64,000 nt of DNA from Planctomycetota bacterium (GTDB taxonomy: Bacteria; Planctomycetota; B15-G4): assembly GCA_965248575.1 (NCBI GenBank), contig CBDFJQ010000002.1, positions 3,488,001 to 3,552,000 of the forward strand, written 5' to 3'. Each line of letters begins with the position of its first letter. Position 1 is the first letter of the stretch. A program made the position numbers and the translations under genes. Shown here one piece after another: positions 52,524 through 60,997 of the stretch. Under the pieces are notes generated by a model. It had not been told where the DNA came from. It saw nothing but the letters and a program-made list of their open reading frames with translations, and did no database searches.

Positions 52524-53645
52524 ATGGATGCGTCCGACGACCAACCCTCGTTGTTCCCCTCCGATCCCGACGGGGACAACGCCCTGAGCTTGCCCGAGCT
52601 GTGGCTCAAGAACACGGGCCCCGAAAGCGACGTGGTCATCTCCTCGCGCATGCGCCTGGCGCGCAACCTCGAGGGCTTCCATTTCAAGCCGCGCTTTGCC
52701 GACGGGGAATGCGAGCGATTGGAGGTGCATCTGCGGCAGGTGCTGCACGACATGCGGCCCGACTGTCGGTACCACCACATGCAGGCGCTGTCGTCGACCG
52801 AGCGCAAGGTGATGTTCGAGCGCCACCTCATCAGCCGCGAGCATGCGGCCGACGAGCACCCGCGCGGGGTCTGCTTCAGCGAGGACGGCACCACCAGCAT
52901 CATGGTCAACGAGGAAGACCACCTGCGGCTCCAGGTCTTCGCCCCCGGCCTGGACCTCCAGGCGCTCGACGCCTCCATCAACGAGATCGACGATCACCTT
53001 GCGAAGCGCGTGACCTACAGCTTCGACCCGCGCTTTGGCTACCGCACTTCCTGCCCAACGAACACCGGAACGGGCCTACGTGTCTCCGTGATGATGCACC
53101 TGCCCGCCCTGACCTTTCATTCAGGCGACGGTCGTGCGGCGCGGGGCGGTGAGCAGAACATCGTGAAGATGCAGAACTCGGCGCAGCAGCTCGGCTTGAC
53201 CGTGCGCGGCCTGTTCGGCGAGAGCAGCCGGGCCGAAGGCGAGTTCTATCAGATCAGCAACCAGGTCACGCTGGGGCGCACTCCGGAGGAAACCGTCAAG
53301 AGCGTCCAAAGCTTGGCGGACCACCTCATGGCCTGGGAGCGCCGCAACCGGGACTCCCACTTCAACGAGAACCGCCCCCGCATCGAGGATCACGTCTGGC
53401 GCGCCTGGGCGATCCTTACCCACGCCCGCCGCATGACTTCCAGCGAAGCCCTCTCCCACCTATCCGCCCTGCGCTTCGGTATTTGCGTCGGGGTCCTGGA
53501 CACCGTCGACCTTGCGGCTATCCAAAGCCTGATGGTCGGAATGCGCCCGGGCCACCTCCAGTACCAGGCCGGCATCGAACTCACTCCGGATCGGCGCGAC
53601 GAGCTCCGCGCCGAACTCATACGCGAGACGCTGCAGGCCAACTGA
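52524..53645 (+). CDS. mcsB: Protein-arginine kinase McsB
   Basis: DVVISSRMRLARN, ERHLIS, NEEDHLR, CPTNTGTGLR.SVMMHLPAL, VRG, YQISNQ. Confidence 0.96.
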   Translation: MDASDDQPSLFPSDPDGDNALSLPELWLKNTGPESDVVISSRMRLARNLEGFHFKPRFADGECERLEVHLRQVLHDMRPDCRYHHMQALSSTERKVMFERHLISREHAADEHPRGVCFSEDGTTSIMVNEEDHLRLQVFAPGLDLQALDASINEIDDHLAKRVTYSFDPRFGYRTSCPTNTGTGLRVSVMMHLPALTFHSGDGRAARGGEQNIVKMQNSAQQLGLTVRGLFGESSRAEGEFYQISNQVTLGRTPEETVKSVQSLADHLMAWERRNRDSHFNENRPRIEDHVWRAWAILTHARRMTSSEALSHLSALRFGICVGVLDTVDLAAIQSLMVGMRPGHLQYQAGIELTPDRRDELRAELIRETLQAN

Positions 53646-53700
53646 GGCCACGGCGCTCGCACCCCCGTTCACTCCTCCTTCCCCAGACACCCGAAGAACC

Positions 53701-56250
53701 ATGTTCGATCGCTTCACGGACCGCGCTAGGAAGGTCATGAACCTCGCCAAGAGCGAGGCTCAAAGACTCAACCACGAATACATCGGCACAGAGCACATCC
53801 TGCTCGGCCTCGTCCAGGAGGGCAGCGGCGTCGCCGCCAACGTGCTCCGGGGCATGGGCATTGACCTGAAGCGCATCCGCGCCGAGGTGGAGAAGCTGGT
53901 GAAGGGCAGTGCCACCATGGTTCCCATGGGCAACCTGCCGTTCACACCGCGCGCCAAGAAGGTGCTTGAGCTCTCCCTCGAGGAGGCCAGCCAGCTGGGC
54001 CATAACTACATCGGCACCGAGCACCTGCTGCTGGGCCTCATCAAGGAGAGTGAAGGCATTGCCGCGCGCGTGCTCACGAACCTCTCGGTGAAGCTCGAAG
54101 ACGTGCGCGAAGAGGTGCTCGAGTTCCTCGGTGCGCCCCAGGAAGGCGGCGAGATCGAGGAAGAGGATCGCGGCGATGAAGGCGGCGAGGTGGATGCCGG
54201 CGGCGGCGGCGGTGGCAGTGGCGGGCGTGGCAAAGGCAAGGGCAAGACCCCTGCGCTGAACGCCTTTGGCCGCGACCTCACCAAGCTCGCTCGCGAGACG
54301 CAGTTGGACCCTGTCATCGGTCGGCGCGAAGAGATCGAGCGTGTGATCCAGATCCTCTCCCGGCGCACCAAGAACAACCCGGTGCTGTTGGGCGAGGCGG
54401 GCGTGGGCAAGACGGCCATCGTGGAAGGCCTGGCCCAGGACATCGTCAACGAAGAGGTGCCGGAGATCCTCAAGGGCCAGCGTTTGGTGGTCCTGGACCT
54501 GGCCATGATGGTGGCGGGCACCAAGTACCGCGGCCAGTTCGAAGAGCGCATCAAGTCGGTGATGAACGAGGTGCGTCGCGCCAAGAACATCATCCTGTTC
54601 ATCGATGAGCTGCACACCCTCGTGGGTGCAGGCGGTGCCGAGGGCGCCATCGATGCCTCCAACGTGCTCAAGCCGGCACTGTCTCGTGGCGAGATCCAGT
54701 GCATCGGTGCCACGACCCTGAACGAGTACCGAAAGTACATCGAGAAGGACCCCGCGCTCGAGCGTCGTTTCCAGTCGGTGATGGTCGAGCCGCCGACGCC
54801 CGATCAGACGATCCAGATCCTGAAGGGTTTGCGCGGCCGCTACGAGAAGCATCACAACGTGCAGATCACCGACGGCGCGCTGGAGTTGGCGGTGGAGCTG
54901 TCCACTCGCTACATCACGAATCGCTTCCACCCTGACAAGGCCATCGACGTGATGGACGAGGCCGGCGCCCGCGTCCGGCTCAAGGCCATGACAGCTCCGC
55001 CAGACCTGAAGGAGCTCGAAGTCGAGATCCTGAAGCTGGACAAGGAGAAAGAGGAGTGCGTCGCCGATCAGGACTTCGAGCGCGCAGCCTACCTGCGTGA
55101 CTACGCCGACAAGCTGCGCAAGAAGCGCGACCAGATCGAGCACGACTGGAAGACCAAGGCCGTCGAGATCGACGGCACGGTGGACGAGGACGTGATCTCC
55201 GAGACGGTCAGCAAGATGACCTCCATCCCGTTGACGCGTCTGGACAAGGGCGAAGCCCAGAGGCTGCTCAAGATGGAGGACCAGCTGCACAAGACGGTCA
55301 TCAGCCAGGACGATGCCATTGTCGCCATCTCAAAGGCGGTGCGTCGTTCGCGCTCCGGCCTCAAGGACCCTCGCCGTCCCATGGGCTGCTTCTTGTTCCT
55401 GGGCCCGACGGGTGTGGGCAAGACGCACTTGGCCAAGCAACTTGCAGCCTTCCTGTTCGGCAGTGAAGAAGCGCTCGTGCAGATCGACATGTCCGAGTAC
55501 ATGGAGAAGCACAACGCCAGTCGCCTGGTGGGTGCGCCTCCCGGATACGTCGGCTACGAAGAGGGCGGCCAGCTGACCGAGAAGATTCGCCGCCGCCCCT
55601 ATGCGGTGGTGCTGCTGGACGAGATCGAGAAGGGCCACTCCGACATCTACAACATGCTGTTGCAGATCATGGAGGAAGGGCGTCTCACGGACTCCTTCGG
55701 CCGTCAGGTGGACTTCCGCAACGTGCTGCTGATCATGACCAGCAACATCGGAGCGGAGATCATCAAGAACCAGACGGGCCTCGGTTTCTCCTCCCGCGAC
55801 GTCAGCAAGAAGTTCAGTCGCATGAAGGACAACCTCATGAACGAGGTGGGTCGCTTCTTCCGCCCGGAGTTCCTGAACCGCCTCGACGACACCATCGTCT
55901 TCAAGCCTTTGGAGACGGAAGACCTGGTGGGCATCCTGGACATCGAGCTGCTGGGCATCCGCTCGCGTCTCGCGAATCGGGGCATCCAGCTGGAGCTCTC
56001 GAGCGAGGCGATGGAATTCCTCATCGAGAATGGCAGCAATCTCGAGATGGGTGCACGACCCCTGCGCCGCGCCGTGGAGCGTTTCGTGGAAGACGCCCTG
56101 TCCGAGGTGTTGCTCAAGGGCGAGCTGGAGGACTCCGACCAGGTGAATGCGCAGTTGAGTGAGGAGCTGGACGAGAAGGGCAAGCCCAAGGGCCTGGTGT
56201 TCACGGGCAGCAAGAAACCTGAAGAAGAGCCTGCGGCGAGCAGCAAGTGA
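53701..56250 (+). CDS. clpC: ATP-dependent Clp protease ATPase ClpC
   Basis: Two Clp-N repeats, [15 protein letters not shown] middle domain, [19 protein letters not shown] ClpP-docking loop, GARPLRR. Confidence 0.98.
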   Translation: MFDRFTDRARKVMNLAKSEAQRLNHEYIGTEHILLGLVQEGSGVAANVLRGMGIDLKRIRAEVEKLVKGSATMVPMGNLPFTPRAKKVLELSLEEASQLGHNYIGTEHLLLGLIKESEGIAARVLTNLSVKLEDVREEVLEFLGAPQEGGEIEEEDRGDEGGEVDAGGGGGGSGGRGKGKGKTPALNAFGRDLTKLARETQLDPVIGRREEIERVIQILSRRTKNNPVLLGEAGVGKTAIVEGLAQDIVNEEVPEILKGQRLVVLDLAMMVAGTKYRGQFEERIKSVMNEVRRAKNIILFIDELHTLVGAGGAEGAIDASNVLKPALSRGEIQCIGATTLNEYRKYIEKDPALERRFQSVMVEPPTPDQTIQILKGLRGRYEKHHNVQITDGALELAVELSTRYITNRFHPDKAIDVMDEAGARVRLKAMTAPPDLKELEVEILKLDKEKEECVADQDFERAAYLRDYADKLRKKRDQIEHDWKTKAVEIDGTVDEDVISETVSKMTSIPLTRLDKGEAQRLLKMEDQLHKTVISQDDAIVAISKAVRRSRSGLKDPRRPMGCFLFLGPTGVGKTHLAKQLAAFLFGSEEALVQIDMSEYMEKHNASRLVGAPPGYVGYEEGGQLTEKIRRRPYAVVLLDEIEKGHSDIYNMLLQIMEEGRLTDSFGRQVDFRNVLLIMTSNIGAEIIKNQTGLGFSSRDVSKKFSRMKDNLMNEVGRFFRPEFLNRLDDTIVFKPLETEDLVGILDIELLGIRSRLANRGIQLELSSEAMEFLIENGSNLEMGARPLRRAVERFVEDALSEVLLKGELEDSDQVNAQLSEELDEKGKPKGLVFTGSKKPEEEPAASSK

Positions 56251-57392
56251 TCGGCGGGTCCGCCACCCTCAACGTCAGTCCACAAGCAGCCCCGTGGCGC
56301 CGTCTGCGCGCGGGGCTGCTTTGCGTCCTGCTGCTCGGGGCGAGTGTGTCTGGGCAGACGGTGGGGGATGACACGGTCACTCCAACAGCTGAAGCGCCAT
56401 CCGCCGCCCTGGGTGACTCGACTGCTGAGGGCGCTTCCGATGTGCTCGAAGCGTCGAGTGGTCAGGACGATGCCTCGGTCGCAGCTGCCCTGCAGTTCGC
56501 CCCTGACGGTCGACCAAACCCCGATTTCTGGATGTTCGATGACGATGGCCACGCCCGGGATTGGCTGAACAAGCCGCCCATGGATCCAGCGGACATCAAG
56601 ACGCGTCCAGCGGAGTACGAGGCGGCCCTGGCCGACCACGGCATCCACCTGGACCTCACGGCGCGCGAGTTGCTCGTGCGCGGTGCGACGATCCACGACG
56701 CACGCTCCATGGGCTACCCCATCGAATACCTCGTGGTCACGGAGCTGGGCCGCACCTATGAAGCGCTCATCATCGTGAAGGCCCAACCGTCGGTGATCGC
56801 CGCCTGCCTGAAGGCCATGGATGCCGAGCCGGGTGGTGCCACCGTCATGAGAGTGAAGGACCCCCTGCCGCCCGAGGCCGACATCGAAGCCGGACTCGTC
56901 TCGCCCTGGGTCGTGACGCCCCACCACGGCCCGCTCGTGCAGATCACCATGGAGTGGCTGGACGACAGCGGCAAGCGGCATGCGCCGAGCCTCGAGTCCG
57001 TCTTGCTCGATGCGCGCACGGGGGAAACGCTCGAGGACCTGGGTTGGATCTTCACCGGCGGCACCTACGGCGAGTATCGCCAGGGCCGCAGCACCCAGAG
57101 CCGCTTCAAGGCAGACGTCGAGGGCGACGTGGTGGCGATCTATCTGGCTGGCCTCGATGTTTGCGTCTTCGAACGCAACTCCATGGATGGCCTGACGGAC
57201 GGGTACTACTTCCCGCATCCCGAGCGCATGCCTGGCTTGGGAACGCCTATCACCCTGCGCTTCAAGCTGTTGGATGAGGTGGTGGTGAAGGGGCCTGCCA
57301 TCGATGGACCCATGGCGGAGCCCTTGGAACCGAGGGGCGAGGACCTGGAGCTAGACCAGGAACAAGACCCGGAGTTGGACCCCGGCCGCTGA
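56247..57392 (+). CDS. Exported hypothetical protein, YdjY-domain-like
   Basis: Signal peptide; IEYLVV...GRTYEAL, PS.I..CL, WIFTG, F.AD.EG..VA, P..GTPITL pattern; GTGA overlap with the clpC stop. Confidence 0.65.
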   Translation: MIGGSATLNVSPQAAPWRRLRAGLLCVLLLGASVSGQTVGDDTVTPTAEAPSAALGDSTAEGASDVLEASSGQDDASVAAALQFAPDGRPNPDFWMFDDDGHARDWLNKPPMDPADIKTRPAEYEAALADHGIHLDLTARELLVRGATIHDARSMGYPIEYLVVTELGRTYEALIIVKAQPSVIAACLKAMDAEPGGATVMRVKDPLPPEADIEAGLVSPWVVTPHHGPLVQITMEWLDDSGKRHAPSLESVLLDARTGETLEDLGWIFTGGTYGEYRQGRSTQSRFKADVEGDVVAIYLAGLDVCVFERNSMDGLTDGYYFPHPERMPGLGTPITLRFKLLDEVVVKGPAIDGPMAEPLEPRGEDLELDQEQDPELDPGR

Positions 57393-57476
57393 ACTGAAGC
57401 CTCCGAGGCCAGCTCGCCCAGGTTAGGATCGCGAACCTGATCCTTCCTCGCTCGCGATCCGTCCAGGAGTGCTTCC

Positions 57477-58196
57477 ATGCGTGTCTCCCACCTTCTGCTC
57501 TCGTTGGTTGTCGCATCGGGCCTTGCCACCGCCGCCGTCGTGAGCCCGATCCAGGATGCGCCGGAAAGCGCAACCGACGCGACGTCGACGAAGCATGCCA
57601 GCCCGATGGCCGTTGCACCGGTCTCCGTCGCTCATGAGGTCGCCCAGCCCGACGAAGACACGGCGGCGATCCTCGCAGGAACCCTGGCACCGATCGCCGT
57701 GTTCGAGATCCGTGGCGGAGGCGCTCTCTTTCATCTCGAGGGCGGTGCGTCGGCCGGCAACAAGGCCTTCAAGAACAAGGTCAACGTCAAGTCCATCGCC
57801 CAGTGCCTCGACGGCGGCCTGGGGTGCGCCTCCCATTTCGATGCGGACGAGCTGAGCGCGGACGGCAAGGCCTATGTGTACATCTACGACGCGACGACCT
57901 GGGGGCTCACCACCACCCCGGACCCCAACGACACCGTCGGTGGCCCAATTGCCGAGGGCAACCCGGTGCCCGTCACGGTCTTGCGTGGCCTGATGGACGG
58001 CAAGGGGCGCTTCATGTTTTCGGGCACCCACGTTCCCTCGGACACCGACCTCGTGGTGGAAGGCAAAGCTGGCCTGGAGAAGGGCACGCTGACGCCCAAG
58101 AAGATGGGCGGCAAGATCTCGGCCGTGAGCATCGAGGCCGAGCACTGGGCCAAGGCCAACTTCAAGACCTTCGGCAAGTCCCTGCTCATCAACTAG
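57477..58196 (+). CDS. Secreted hypothetical protein
   Basis: AGGAG RBS, Sec-type signal peptide, beta-rich mature part with one Cys pair, strongly GC3-biased codons. Confidence 0.8.
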   Translation: MRVSHLLLSLVVASGLATAAVVSPIQDAPESATDATSTKHASPMAVAPVSVAHEVAQPDEDTAAILAGTLAPIAVFEIRGGGALFHLEGGASAGNKAFKNKVNVKSIAQCLDGGLGCASHFDADELSADGKAYVYIYDATTWGLTTTPDPNDTVGGPIAEGNPVPVTVLRGLMDGKGRFMFSGTHVPSDTDLVVEGKAGLEKGTLTPKKMGGKISAVSIEAEHWAKANFKTFGKSLLIN

Positions 58197-58206
58197 ATCG
58201 AGACGC

Positions 58207-59451
58207 CTACGCCCGGCCCCGCAACACATCGGCGGGATCTAGCCGCAGGATCGCGCGCGCCGGCCAGGCGATGACGAGCAGTGCGAGGGCCGCGACCCAG
58301 GCGCTGGCGCTCAGCACATTGGTCCAGCTCACCGTGGGATAGATGATGGAGCTGCCCTCCAGCGCACCGGGCAGCTGTGCTCCCAGGGCGAAGACGTCGA
58401 GGCCTCGGTTGCCGAGCCAGACGTCCGTCACCAGCCAGCCGCTGCCCACACCCAGGGCGATGCCGAACAGGGCAAGAAGGGCCACCTCCCACACGAGCAG
58501 GCGCACGATGGCGGAGGGGCGCAGGCCCATGGCCAGCAGCACGCCGAACTCCCGGCGGCGTTCGAAGACCGACATGACCACGGCGTTGAGGATGCCGAGG
58601 CCCACGAGGATGAAAAGCACCAGGTTCCGCAGGCGCTCCATGACCCGCAGCATCTCCATGGCGCTCAGGACTTCGGGCGCGGTGTCGTGCCAACTGCGTA
58701 CCTGGACTTCGGCGCAGGCTGGCAGGGTCTGTAGCTGGGCCACGGTTTCGGGAGCTCCCCGGGGGCTTTCAAGCCGCAGCACGATCTCCGAAGCCTCGTC
58801 GGCGCCCTGGGTCGCGAGCAGCTCGCGGGCATCCGCCAGGCGCAAGTAGACGAAGCCGCCGTCGAGGGCTTGGCCGCCCGTCTCGAAGAGCCCCGTGACG
58901 CGAAACGACAGCGCAAAGAGCGATCCGTCGATGCCTTCGGCAAGCAGTGCCAGCCGGTCGCCGAGGCCAATCCCGAGCGTCTTCGCAAGGGCCAGGCCCA
59001 GCGCCGCGGGTGGGACGGCACCGAGACTGGGGGTTTCGAGGAAGCTGCCTTGCACGATCTTTGACGGCAGCAGGGTGGCGGCGGTTTCGTCCTGCGGATC
59101 GACCCCGAGGAACACCACGCCTGCATTTCCGTCGAGGGTGCGGGCGAGTCCCTGGCCGCGCAGGCGTGCCGACGCGGCGACGACCCCCGGCACCGCTCTC
59201 AGGGCCTCGACTAGTAGCGCGCTGTCAGCAAGGGTCGGCGAGCCATTCTCTCCCGGCTCCACCCGGGCGTGGCCCGTCATCATGCCGAGGCCCTGTTCGA
59301 GCCGCTGATCCACGAAGCCGTCCTGCAGTCCCTTCAGGAAGATGAGCACGAAGAGACCCGCTGCCATGGCCAGCAGGACGAGCAGTGAACGTCGGCGATG
59401 GCGACGGATGCTGCGCCAGGCAAAGCGGGGCCAGGGCGTCGCGCTGCTCAC
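58207..59451 (-). CDS. ABC transporter permease, LolC/E-MacB/FtsX family
   Basis: AWRSIRRHRRRS, GVDP, VTGLF, SW, N...MSVFERRREFGVLLAMG, WPA......P..VLR; GTG at 59451 overlaps the upstream stop. Confidence 0.93.
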   Translation of the reverse strand: MSSATPWPRFAWRSIRRHRRRSLLVLLAMAAGLFVLIFLKGLQDGFVDQRLEQGLGMMTGHARVEPGENGSPTLADSALLVEALRAVPGVVAASARLRGQGLARTLDGNAGVVFLGVDPQDETAATLLPSKIVQGSFLETPSLGAVPPAALGLALAKTLGIGLGDRLALLAEGIDGSLFALSFRVTGLFETGGQALDGGFVYLRLADARELLATQGADEASEIVLRLESPRGAPETVAQLQTLPACAEVQVRSWHDTAPEVLSAMEMLRVMERLRNLVLFILVGLGILNAVVMSVFERRREFGVLLAMGLRPSAIVRLLVWEVALLALFGIALGVGSGWLVTDVWLGNRGLDVFALGAQLPGALEGSSIIYPTVSWTNVLSASAWVAALALLVIAWPARAILRLDPADVLRGRA

Positions 59452-60239
59452 TGGCCCAGACCCTCGGGAGTGAACTGTTCGTCGCGGAGCAGGGGCGAGG
59501 GGTCGAAGTGCACCACGTCGAGGGTCGACTGCCAGCCCTCGCGACCCACGGTGGTCGCCTTCCAATGGCGCGGGAGCGCTTCGAAGCCCTCCAGCTCCAC
59601 GCGCCGGATGGGGGTGCCCGCTTCGTCGCGGAACTCGATCTGGCGCGGGGCCGCGTTCTGCTCGCTGAGCAGCAACAGCACCGACCCGTAGAGGGTGTCG
59701 CGGGGGGCACGGGGCCGCAGCTCCAGCTCGACGGTACGCACACCGTCCAGCTCGCCACGCTGAGCAATGCTGGCCTGGAAGGACCTCCCTGCGTCGGCGA
59801 GCACGGCGAGGTCATCAACGCCAAAATCACTACCCAGCAAGCGTTCGCCACCCAGCGAGGCGGGCAACTCGACGGTCAGATCGGCAGCCGGGAAGCGCAC
59901 GTGCACGCGACCTTGGGCGAGCAGGATGCGCATACCTCGCTCCCGCACCCGGCCGTCCGCCCGCAGCAACCAGCGATCGAGGTCGCCGTGATAGTAGACC
60001 CGCAGCAGGATCTCGCGGCTGCTGCCCGGCCGCTGGATCTTGAGCTTGGCGGCGGCAGCAAAGGACTGGGGCGTGGAGCGCGCCGCGAGCCGCTTCAGAA
60101 GCTCTTCGGCATCGGCATCGGCATCGGCATCGGCATCGGCATCGGCATCGGCGGGCGGCGCTTTCGTCTCCGTCGACGGCGTTGCAGCTTGCCCGAAGGC
60201 GAGGGCGACGCCGAGGCACAGCGCGAGCAGCCAGTTCAC
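59448..60239 (-). CDS. Outer-membrane lipoprotein-sorting protein (LolA-like)
   Basis: Signal peptide, LLGSDFGVDDL, YG.V, IEFRD..G, FT...L C-terminus. Confidence 0.85.
   Translation of the reverse strand: MNWLLALCLGVALAFGQAATPSTETKAPPADADADADADADADAEELLKRLAARSTPQSFAAAAKLKIQRPGSSREILLRVYYHGDLDRWLLRADGRVRERGMRILLAQGRVHVRFPAADLTVELPASLGGERLLGSDFGVDDLAVLADAGRSFQASIAQRGELDGVRTVELELRPRAPRDTLYGSVLLLLSEQNAAPRQIEFRDEAGTPIRRVELEGFEALPRHWKATTVGREGWQSTLDVVHFDPSPLLRDEQFTPEGLGQ
60106..60152. repeat. Hexamer tandem repeat (TCGGCA) x7.8 encoding (Ala-Asp)7
   Basis: Perfect repeat read directly; in frame in the linker after the signal peptide of the LolA-like gene. Confidence 0.97.
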
Positions 60240-60997
60240 GGTGACCCCTCGCCCGAGACGGCGTTTGGGTCGGCGCCTGGGTCCGGGTCGGGGACTTCGC
60301 CCGAGGTTGAGCTGGGGGTCGTGCCGCGCGGTACGCCGTCCTCCAACTCGAGCACCCGGCTTGCACGTTCCACCAGCCGGGCATCGTGGGTAGCTACCAG
60401 CGCTGCCATGCCACGCTCGCTGACCAGCTCGGCCAAGGTGTCGATGAGCGCCAGGCCGGTCTTGCCGTCCAGGTGCGCGGTGGGCTCGTCGGCTACCAGC
60501 AGCGCCGGCTCTCCCGCGATGGCTCGGGCCACGGCCACCCGCTGCTGCTCGCCGCTGGAGAGGGCGTCTGGAAAACGGTCAGCGAGTTGCCCCACCCCCA
60601 GGCGTTGCAGGGATTCGCACACCCGGCGGGCTCGTTCGACGCTCGGCAATCCGCGCACGGACAAGGGTAGGTCGACGTTCTCTGCGGCGGTGAGCGCCGG
60701 GCTCAGGTTGTGTTCGGCAAAGACGAGCCCCAGGTGTTCGAGGCGCAGATCGGACCGGGCGGTGGTCTCCAGCAGGGCGAGGTCCTGGTCGAGCAACCGG
60801 ACCTGACCCTCGGTGGGGGCGTCGAGGCCTGCCAAGAGGTGCAGCAGCGTCGTTTTCCCGGAGCCGGACGGGCCGGTGAGCACCAACATGTCGCCTGCGG
60901 CCAGGCTCAGATCGACACCCGAGACGGCCACCACCGGCGTGCCATCGCCGGCCAGGAAGCGCCGCCCGAGGCCGCGCGCTTCCAGCAGCGCCGTCAG
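60236..60997 (-). CDS. ABC transporter ATP-binding protein, LolD-like
   Basis: GPSGSGKT, LSSGEQQRVAVARA, ADEPT, THD. The N-terminal LLEARGLGRRF lies upstream of the first GTG (60934), implying a CTG start at 60997. Confidence 0.95.
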   Translation of the reverse strand: MTALLEARGLGRRFLAGDGTPVVAVSGVDLSLAAGDMLVLTGPSGSGKTTLLHLLAGLDAPTEGQVRLLDQDLALLETTARSDLRLEHLGLVFAEHNLSPALTAAENVDLPLSVRGLPSVERARRVCESLQRLGVGQLADRFPDALSSGEQQRVAVARAIAGEPALLVADEPTAHLDGKTGLALIDTLAELVSERGMAALVATHDARLVERASRVLELEDGVPRGTTPSSTSGEVPDPDPGADPNAVSGEGSP

